This document shows, piece by piece, positions 57,682-64,000 of a DNA stretch of 64,000 bases. The stretch is from the UHGV virus genome UHGV-0371537; one strand, written 5' to 3'. The position numbers and the translations under genes are program-made. A model generated the notes under the pieces. That model saw only the letters and a list, made by a program, of their open reading frames with translations, was not told the DNA's origin and did not search any database. The stretch comes from a virus. The stretch's first letter is position 1; each line of letters opens with the position of its first letter.

Positions 57682-59342
57682 GCATGCGCCACTTAGATCC
57701 GATCCATGCAATCGACTTCTACAAATCAGGGCACATCTATCAGTTCCCTGAAGGCAGCGAGCTGGTGTTCTCCAACGGAACTCCGCGCTCCAACAAACTG
57801 TTCAACTCTCACCTGCCGAAGAACGGCGTGGTGGTCTGGGGCATCCAGGGCTTCATGACTTGGTTCCATGAACTGTTTGACGAAGCATTCTTCCAGCGCC
57901 CGAAGGCCAAGGTGTTGAAGAAGTATGCCCGTCGCATGAACAAAGTCCTGGGTCCAGGTCGTGTTGGTACAGAGCATATTGAAGCCCTGCATGACCTCGG
58001 CTACCTGCCTATCGAAGTCCGTGCGCTGCCCGAAGGCACCATGTGTCCGTATGGCGTTCCGGTGTATGTGATGTTCAACACCTTGCCGGAGTTCTACTGG
58101 CTGACCAACTATCTGGAGACTGTGTTCAGCTCTGAGATCTGGAAGCCGATGACGAACGCCACCATCGCCCTGCATTACAAGGCACTGATGGTGAAAGCCG
58201 CTATCGCTACAGGTGTGTCGCCGGACCATTGGTTCATCGACTACCAAGGCCACGACTTCTCCTTCCGTGGCATGAGCGGGTGGCATGACGCGGCGTCTTC
58301 CGGTTCCGGCCATTTGGTATTCTTCAAAGGCACCGATACCAACCCTGCCCTGGACTTCGTAGAAGAGTATTATGGCGCAGACATCGACGAAGACTATGTC
58401 GTTGCTGGTTCTGTTGCGGCTACCGAACACGCCGTGATGTGTATGGGCACGAAGGATGGTGAATTCGAAACCTTCCGCCGCCTGGTGCAGGACGTGTATC
58501 CTGATGGCATCGTCAGTATCGTATCTGATGCATGGGATTACTGGCAGGTCATCGACGACTATCTCCCTCGCCTGAAAGACATTATCATGGCGCGTAACGG
58601 TAAAGTCGTGATCCGCCCCGACTCGGGCGACCCAGTACACATCGTTGGCGGCTACCGCATCGAGGGGTTCAAAGACCGCGCCACGCTGAACATCAGCGGC
58701 GTGTCTAGCAGCACCGAAGTCATTCACATCGAAGAGACGAACACCTATCACCTGATCACAGGCGAAGGCACGATCAATTCTCTGATGGCAGACGACCGTA
58801 ATATCATCAGCCGTTCTGAAGCAGTCGGCTCTATCCAGCGCCTGTGGGAGATCTTTGGCGGTACTCAAACTGAGACTGGTCACTTCCTTTTGGATGATCA
58901 CATCGGTCTGATCTACGGCGACTCCATCACCCTGGCACGTGAAGACCAGATCTTTAGCCGTCTGGCTGGCCGGAACTTCGCTTCCATCAACGTGGTGTTC
59001 GGTATCGGTTCCTACACCTACCAGATGAACACCCGTGACAGTACTGGCACGGCAGTGAAAGCCACGGCTGGTAAAGTGAACGGCGAATTCCGTGAGATCT
59101 TCAAAGAGCCGAAGACCGACAAAGGCGGGACTAAAAAGTCTGCACGTGGTTTCCTTAAAGTCATTAAAGACTCTCAGGGTAAACTAGTGTTGGTTGACGG
59201 TATCACCTTTGATCAGGTACAAGACGCCGACAACCAGCACCAACTGGTGTATCGTGATGGTAAGTTCTTCAACACTCAGACTCTGGAAGATGCGCGTGTT
59301 CGTGCTGCTCCTCTGGTGGCGGAACTGGCCTCACAAATCTGA
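57678..59342 (+). CDS. nicotinamide phosphoribosyltransferase (Nampt/NadV) family protein; candidate nicotinamide ADPR transferase (Namat-like)
   Basis: GHDFSFRGMSG and surrounding region resemble Nampt family; 554 aa; coupled to the Prs-like gene. Confidence 0.8.
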   Translation: MSMRHLDPIHAIDFYKSGHIYQFPEGSELVFSNGTPRSNKLFNSHLPKNGVVVWGIQGFMTWFHELFDEAFFQRPKAKVLKKYARRMNKVLGPGRVGTEHIEALHDLGYLPIEVRALPEGTMCPYGVPVYVMFNTLPEFYWLTNYLETVFSSEIWKPMTNATIALHYKALMVKAAIATGVSPDHWFIDYQGHDFSFRGMSGWHDAASSGSGHLVFFKGTDTNPALDFVEEYYGADIDEDYVVAGSVAATEHAVMCMGTKDGEFETFRRLVQDVYPDGIVSIVSDAWDYWQVIDDYLPRLKDIIMARNGKVVIRPDSGDPVHIVGGYRIEGFKDRATLNISGVSSSTEVIHIEETNTYHLITGEGTINSLMADDRNIISRSEAVGSIQRLWEIFGGTQTETGHFLLDDHIGLIYGDSITLAREDQIFSRLAGRNFASINVVFGIGSYTYQMNTRDSTGTAVKATAGKVNGEFREIFKEPKTDKGGTKKSARGFLKVIKDSQGKLVLVDGITFDQVQDADNQHQLVYRDGKFFNTQTLEDARVRAAPLVAELASQI

Positions 59343-59349
59343 TAACCGA

Positions 59350-59371
59350 AGGGGAGGCAACTCCCCTGTTT
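59350..59371 (+). terminator. terminator-like hairpin after the Nampt-like gene
   Basis: AGGGGAG-GCAA-CTCCCCT followed by GTTT. Confidence 0.5.
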
Positions 59372-59383
59372 CGAGGTCGAGGA

Positions 59384-59554
59384 ATGTCCAAACCATTCAA
59401 AAATGCGGGTGTCGACAACCTCGACCGCCGCTTTAGCCCATCGGAAACGCTGATGAGTCAGATTGAACTCAATCGCGATTTCCTGGAACATATGCTGGTC
59501 AAGCCGGAAGGTGAGGCCGAAGACAACCCTGAAGAAGGCAATAACGATGATTGA
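59384..59554 (+). CDS. small acidic protein (56 aa)
   Basis: ATG 59384 after terminator hairpin; stop overlaps the start of the vWA gene; below ORF-track cutoff. Confidence 0.3.
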   Translation: MSKPFKNAGVDNLDRRFSPSETLMSQIELNRDFLEHMLVKPEGEAEDNPEEGNNDD

Positions 59555-61808
59555 ATCCCTGGAGTTTAAGAATGCGGTTTCGACTGTTGCTCCGTCCAAC
59601 CATGTAATCGTTGTGGACATCTCTTATTCGATGTACCGTGCGCTCCCTGAAGTCCGTAAGCACCTGAAGGAGAACCTGCCTTCCCTGGTGAAACCGGAAG
59701 ACACTGTGAGCCTCCTATACTTCTCATCCCGTGGCGACTTTGGTACTGTGTTCTCTGGTCGCCAGATCAGTGTTGCGTCTGATCTGAGCGAGCTGAACAA
59801 ACTGATTGATCGCTTCCTGCAACCATCCGGCTGTACTGGTTTTGTTGAACCTCTGGGTCTGGCGGTAGATACTGCGCGCAGTCTGAAGAAACCCGGCTAT
59901 GTCAACAACCTGGCATTCATGACCGATGGTTATGACAACTGCTGGCGCTCCAATGAGATCCTGGCCGTTGCCGAAACCTTGCCATTCGTCTTTGATAACA
60001 TCACTTTCATCGAATACGGCTGGTACTGTAACCGCGAACTGCTGGCTCAGATGTCTGAGCGTTCCGGCGCGACTCACGTGTTCGCCGAAGGCCAGACTGA
60101 ATATCAGACTGAGCTGGAAAACGTGTTGAAGTCCTCGGTGCCGAAGGTTCGTGTTGACGTTCCTCTGGTGTACACTCACGCCATTTATGTCGAAAACGGC
60201 GTAGCAACCGTGCTGGCGGTGCAAGCCGAAGCAAGAATGGATTTCCAGATTGGCGATGAGTCCGTAAAACGGAAAGTGATTGAAGTAGGCCACGTGAGCA
60301 TCCCTGAGAGCGTCACGAAGCTGTGGGTTGTCAATCCTAACATGATCGACCAGCTTGATGCGCTGGCGGACATCCAGGCGGCATACGTGCTGGCGTTCTA
60401 CGGCGTACACATCATGGACGCAGACCTGGTGTGGGCTGCACTGAAGAAAACGGGCGACGTTCGCTTCATCAAACAGTACAGCAACTGCTTCACCAAGCAG
60501 GACTACTCCAACATCAAAGTTGATCTGACCCAGGCCATCGTTGATGACCAGCTGCGCGGCGTTGATGGTATCGATTACAATATGGTCCCGGCTGAAGATG
60601 CCACGACCGTGGTTGATGTGCTGACGTACCTGGCCGAAGCTGGCGTGTCTGTTGCCACCAAGCACCCGATGTTCTCCTACAAGAGTATCGGTCGCGGTAC
60701 TGTACAGAAAGCCGACGACACCGAAGACAAACTGGCCGAAGAAATCGCGAACGCCCAGTCCAAAGAAGAGCGCAAAGCCCTGGCTCTCAAGCTGGCCGAG
60801 CACGAAGAGTGGACGCCGTCGTTTGAACCTGCCAATGATCTGGGTGTGGTTCCAATCAGCGACCTGGTCTATAACTCCGAGCGCCCGAACATCAGTGTGC
60901 GGACAGTGCAGCATGGTACTGTTGCAGTTCCTGAGTTCGCGCAGAAGAAGTACGGCCTGCCTGAAGAACTTGACACCTTCCAGTGGCGCAATTACACCAT
61001 CGTCAAAGATGGTATCATCAACGTGAAGACTCTACCGTTTAGACATACCGAATCACCAGTCCGGGGTGCTGAGGTTGTGCAAAAGCTGATCGAGATGGGC
61101 GTTCACGTGTTTGGTGGTCCAGAAGTGTTCATCTTGAACCTGGAAAGCGTACCGCTGGTCAACCGTGCGATGGTCAAGAACATCAGTGCTGCTCAGTTCT
61201 TTGCGGACAATGTCCGCCTGGAAGCCCTGAAAGGCAAGCAGAAGGTGCTGAAGTTCTATCGCGACGCTCTGGTTGGTAAAGGCAATGCCAAAGGTCTGGC
61301 TATTCAGTACGGCGCTGAGGCCGCAGAATACCTGTCTGGTGTTGGCATTCGCGATTACGGCTTCTCGCCGAAGACTGAGACCAAGGAGTCTACCGACTTC
61401 TACATGAGCCGTGAGCTGAACGTTAAGATCGCTGGCGCTTCTTCCCTGCCGAGCATCGCAGCGGTACAGAAGAAGATTGCCGACAAAAAGACTCTCAATG
61501 CGGGTGATATGTTCATCGCCAATGCCCTGAAAGAGTACGATGCATTCGTGAAGTCCCCGGCGATCACTGCCGTGCCTGAAGCCGTACAGAAACAGCTGAT
61601 CGAAAACTGGATCGACGCTGCTGCCAAGGCGGCCATCACTGAAGTCCGCGCTCTGAACAAGACGCTGTCTAAAGTGGTTTATGGTATCGTTGCTGGCCAC
61701 GGCTGGTTCACCGACCTCGACCTGGAAGAGTCCACCATGGAAGTTGAAGTGGATGGCGTGAAGTACAAGGTCACTGCCGAACTGGCAGAGAAAGAGATCA
61801 AAATCTAA
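59547..61808 (+). CDS. von Willebrand factor A (vWA) domain protein (754 aa)
   Basis: MIDAS-like VIVVDISYS (DxSxS) and downstream MTDGYDN near the N-terminus; start taken at ATG 59547 (track start 59463). Confidence 0.6.
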   Translation: MIESLEFKNAVSTVAPSNHVIVVDISYSMYRALPEVRKHLKENLPSLVKPEDTVSLLYFSSRGDFGTVFSGRQISVASDLSELNKLIDRFLQPSGCTGFVEPLGLAVDTARSLKKPGYVNNLAFMTDGYDNCWRSNEILAVAETLPFVFDNITFIEYGWYCNRELLAQMSERSGATHVFAEGQTEYQTELENVLKSSVPKVRVDVPLVYTHAIYVENGVATVLAVQAEARMDFQIGDESVKRKVIEVGHVSIPESVTKLWVVNPNMIDQLDALADIQAAYVLAFYGVHIMDADLVWAALKKTGDVRFIKQYSNCFTKQDYSNIKVDLTQAIVDDQLRGVDGIDYNMVPAEDATTVVDVLTYLAEAGVSVATKHPMFSYKSIGRGTVQKADDTEDKLAEEIANAQSKEERKALALKLAEHEEWTPSFEPANDLGVVPISDLVYNSERPNISVRTVQHGTVAVPEFAQKKYGLPEELDTFQWRNYTIVKDGIINVKTLPFRHTESPVRGAEVVQKLIEMGVHVFGGPEVFILNLESVPLVNRAMVKNISAAQFFADNVRLEALKGKQKVLKFYRDALVGKGNAKGLAIQYGAEAAEYLSGVGIRDYGFSPKTETKESTDFYMSRELNVKIAGASSLPSIAAVQKKIADKKTLNAGDMFIANALKEYDAFVKSPAITAVPEAVQKQLIENWIDAAAKAAITEVRALNKTLSKVVYGIVAGHGWFTDLDLEESTMEVEVDGVKYKVTAELAEKEIKI

Positions 61809-61851
61809 TCCAACAGGCGGGGCAACCCCGCCTTTCTTTGGGAGAAGTAAC

Positions 61852-62175
61852 ATGAGCGGTAAACCAACATATGTTGAGGTAATGCGCCACCTGGCCCGGT
61901 ACGCCACCGATAATCTGAATATGGATCTGTGGCGTGACGATGACAAGCGCAAACTGCTGGATGATGTGGCGGCTCAAAACGAGGATGCCCTGGACAAGCT
62001 GGCTGGCCTCCGCACCAAGAAAGACCTCGGCGGCGACGAACTCGATGCCATAGAAATCGTAATGGATCTCGAAGAAGAGTTTCAGGTCGAAATCGACGAC
62101 GGTTGGCTGGGTAGTAAAGGCGATGACCCGACCATGGGTGAACTCGCTGAACTCGTGGTCGCCCTGCGCAAATAA
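61852..62175 (+). CDS. acyl-carrier-protein-like protein with Glu in place of the phosphopantetheine Ser
   Basis: LGGDELDAIEIVMDLEEEFQVEI parallels ACP [23 protein letters not shown], with DSL replaced by DEL (GAA codon). Confidence 0.5.
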   Translation: MSGKPTYVEVMRHLARYATDNLNMDLWRDDDKRKLLDDVAAQNEDALDKLAGLRTKKDLGGDELDAIEIVMDLEEEFQVEIDDGWLGSKGDDPTMGELAELVVALRK

Positions 62176-62181
62176 CAGAAG

Positions 62182-62210
62182 TCCCCAACAAACGTTGGGG
62201 ATTTTTACTT
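62182..62210 (+). terminator. rho-independent terminator after the ACP-like gene
   Basis: TCCCCAAC-AAAC-GTTGGGGA followed by TTTTTACTTTT. Confidence 0.7.
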
Positions 62211-62297
62211 TTAGGGGTTTACTTCCTCTAAGGAATGTCCTATTATTCAATAACTGGCGAACGATGGGTTCATCAGGTTGAAAGGTAAGATTATATC

Positions 62298-62537
62298 ATG
62301 AAGAACAAAATGGTCGAAACTTCAGTAGAGATTGATCGCAATTGGGGCTTGCTGCGCGCAAAGGGGTTCCGTCGTGTGTATGCGACCAAAGAAGTCTACG
62401 CACAGCGCCGTGACGTTATTATCAGTAAGAAGGGTAAAGAGTGGGTTGCTGAAGAAGTCGATGTTGAGACTGGCGTCGTCGGCAAGATAAAGGCCAAATC
62501 TGCAATTCTCTTCGCTCTTCTGAAGCATATCAGTTAA
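62298..62537 (+). CDS. hypothetical protein (79 aa)
   Basis: ORF after a strong terminator at 62182-62210. Confidence 0.4.
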   Translation: MKNKMVETSVEIDRNWGLLRAKGFRRVYATKEVYAQRRDVIISKKGKEWVAEEVDVETGVVGKIKAKSAILFALLKHIS

Positions 62538-62576
62538 TTCTATAAACCCACGGCGGGGTATGTTTACTCCGCCTAT

Positions 62577-62975
62577 TTGACATCAAGAGACTATATCATG
62601 AAAAAGTTAATCCTCGCTGTTGCTATGCTGGGCGCTTCCTTTGCTGCTGTTTCCGCTCCTACTGTCATCACCGGAGTGTCTACCAACGGCGTTTATGCTT
62701 TCAAGGCGTATGGACAAGACCTCGTCCTGTATAAGAACGGGAAGATGATTGAGCGCTGTGTAGCGGACGGTGTAAACCGTGGGATCGACAATCAGGGCAG
62801 TCCGTTCATTCTGGACTTCTATGCCTGCTCCAACGGGACGAAGACCTTTGGTGTCAAGACCTTCGGCAACGTCGCCGACGGCGGTTGGGGGTTTATGGTT
62901 GAAACCCGCAATCGCCGCCCGGTCACGACTATTGAAGAAGAGTTCTTGATCTCTGTCGGGGGTGGTTCGTTATGA
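62577..62975 (+). CDS. putative secreted/periplasmic protein (132 aa)
   Basis: N-terminal signal peptide MKKLILAVAMLGASFAAVSA. Confidence 0.5.
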   Translation: MTSRDYIMKKLILAVAMLGASFAAVSAPTVITGVSTNGVYAFKAYGQDLVLYKNGKMIERCVADGVNRGIDNQGSPFILDFYACSNGTKTFGVKTFGNVADGGWGFMVETRNRRPVTTIEEEFLISVGGGSL

Positions 62976-63259
62976 AAAAGGACGAAGAACTCGCTCTATT
63001 CTCTATGGTGCGCAGTGAAGTCGAAACAGGTTTCAGGGAGACAGACGCGATTATTGACTTAATGAAAGTCAAAAACGATATCGACAATGAACGGTACAAA
63101 ACAGCGCTCTACGGCCTTCTCGAGTTCATTCTGCGCAAGGCCGATCTTGGTCCTGTCGACACCCTTGATGATCTGACCAAGCTGTTGAACACGGGCGGGG
63201 AAACTTTCGACACCGCTCGTATCCTGATTGACGGTGGACCTGAAGAAGACGAGGTGTGA
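62972..63259 (+). CDS. hypothetical protein (95 aa)
   Basis: ORF overlapping the upstream stop by 4 nt. Confidence 0.4.
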   Translation: MKKDEELALFSMVRSEVETGFRETDAIIDLMKVKNDIDNERYKTALYGLLEFILRKADLGPVDTLDDLTKLLNTGGETFDTARILIDGGPEEDEV

Positions 63260-63380
63260 TATGGACTGGGGAATTATTCTTCAATGTGTTGCTACTTTCG
63301 TCTTGGTGTTCCTGATTGTGTTCTGTTTTGGTTTCAGGATGCGCTAACTAAGGGATAATCCATATCCCGAGGTGAATCTC

Positions 63381-63830
63381 ATGTTCATGTCTTCCTTCAT
63401 AGACTGGTTGAACATTATCAACGGCCTGAGGATTCCTGTTGGAAATCTCGGGCTTTCTCGTTCTTCTATGCCACAGATTGACGATGACAAGCAGCAGGCG
63501 TTCCATGACTACCTGGAGGAACTCGGCATCACTATCGATGCTGGCCAGGTTCCTATCAAATCGCTCCGTCTCACCCAGAACGAAATCAACAAGATGAAGG
63601 TCTGGAAGATCATGAAGAACATTCGAAACAAGAAGCCGATGGGTCGGGTTTGGGTGTCTTCTGACAATTATGTGGTCGACGGCTCCCACCGCTATGTTGC
63701 TGCCCTGAACATGGATGATCGCCAGCGCATCAAGGTCTACAAAGTGGACATGCCAGCGATGGAGTTCGTCAAGGTTGCCAAGCAGTTCAAGGGTGTGAAG
63801 TTCAGAACTGTATCTGATGCCCGATACTAA
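63381..63830 (+). CDS. ParB-like nuclease domain protein
   Basis: VVDGSHRYVAALN resembles the ParB/sulfiredoxin DGhHR motif; ATG 63381 with GAGGTG SD (track start GTG 63372). Confidence 0.45.
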   Translation: MFMSSFIDWLNIINGLRIPVGNLGLSRSSMPQIDDDKQQAFHDYLEELGITIDAGQVPIKSLRLTQNEINKMKVWKIMKNIRNKKPMGRVWVSSDNYVVDGSHRYVAALNMDDRQRIKVYKVDMPAMEFVKVAKQFKGVKFRTVSDARY

Positions 63831-63914
63831 TCTGAATACGATAGTTTATTGAAACCCTTTACTCAACATGGTGAGCCGCCTATCATTTCATCCAATGAAA
63901 TAAGGAGAATCACC

Positions 63915-64000
63915 ATGAAACGTTTAATCCTCGGGGTCGTGCTGGCTGGTCTGGCATTACCCGCCGCCGCCAAGCTGAACTCCACAGGTGACAAACTGTG
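63915..64000 (+). CDS. putative secreted protein, 5-prime partial at window end
   Basis: ATG 63915 with AAGGAG SD; signal-peptide-like MKRLILGVVLAGLALPAAA; truncated by window edge. Confidence 0.4.
   Translation, partial: MKRLILGVVLAGLALPAAAKLNSTGDKL

Noticed and set aside
1-64000. CRISPR array, integrase/transposase, or prophage attachment site
   Set aside because: No periodic direct repeats with spacers, no recombinase-like ORF and no host-like flanking genes; the window looks like a strictly lytic phage genome.

Overview
This 64-kb window looks like part of a virulent T4-like myovirus genome with an Ackermannviridae-style tailspike cluster, read entirely by eye from the sequence and the six-frame track; no database search was run. 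Left to right: a ~1.9-kb ORF-poor region (1-1955); a baseplate/tail-fibre module (gp6-like wedge, repeat-containing fibre protein, four consecutive tailspike paralogues sharing one anchor domain, a 1612-aa structural protein); neck proteins gp13/gp14/gp15; terminase small and large subunits, the large one interrupted by a 159-aa mini-intein in its Walker A loop; tail sheath, tail tube, portal, prohead core, prohead protease, scaffold and major capsid protein; a UvsY/UvsW recombination module; sliding clamp, clamp loader and RegA; then an accessory region. The accessory region holds the most interesting candidate: a terminator-flanked two-gene operon encoding a PRPP-synthetase-like and a nicotinamide-phosphoribosyltransferase-like protein with no NMN adenylyltransferase nearby, which fits an Adps/Namat-type NAD+ reconstitution counter-defence module. 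Other notable items are four freestanding homing-endonuclease-like genes (T5orf172/zinc-ribbon, Vsr-like, GIY-YIG, HNH), an acyl-carrier-protein-like gene whose phosphopantetheine serine is replaced by glutamate, a 754-aa vWA-domain protein, a vestigial tailspike C-terminus left in an intergenic region, and recurring CTAAATA late-promoter motifs followed by hairpins that would sequester the ribosome-binding site. No tRNA, rRNA, CRISPR array, integrase or transposase was recognised. Gene starts were moved from the track's longest ORF to a downstream ATG where a Shine-Dalgarno sequence or an upstream terminator supported it; motif coordinates may be off by 1-2 nt.
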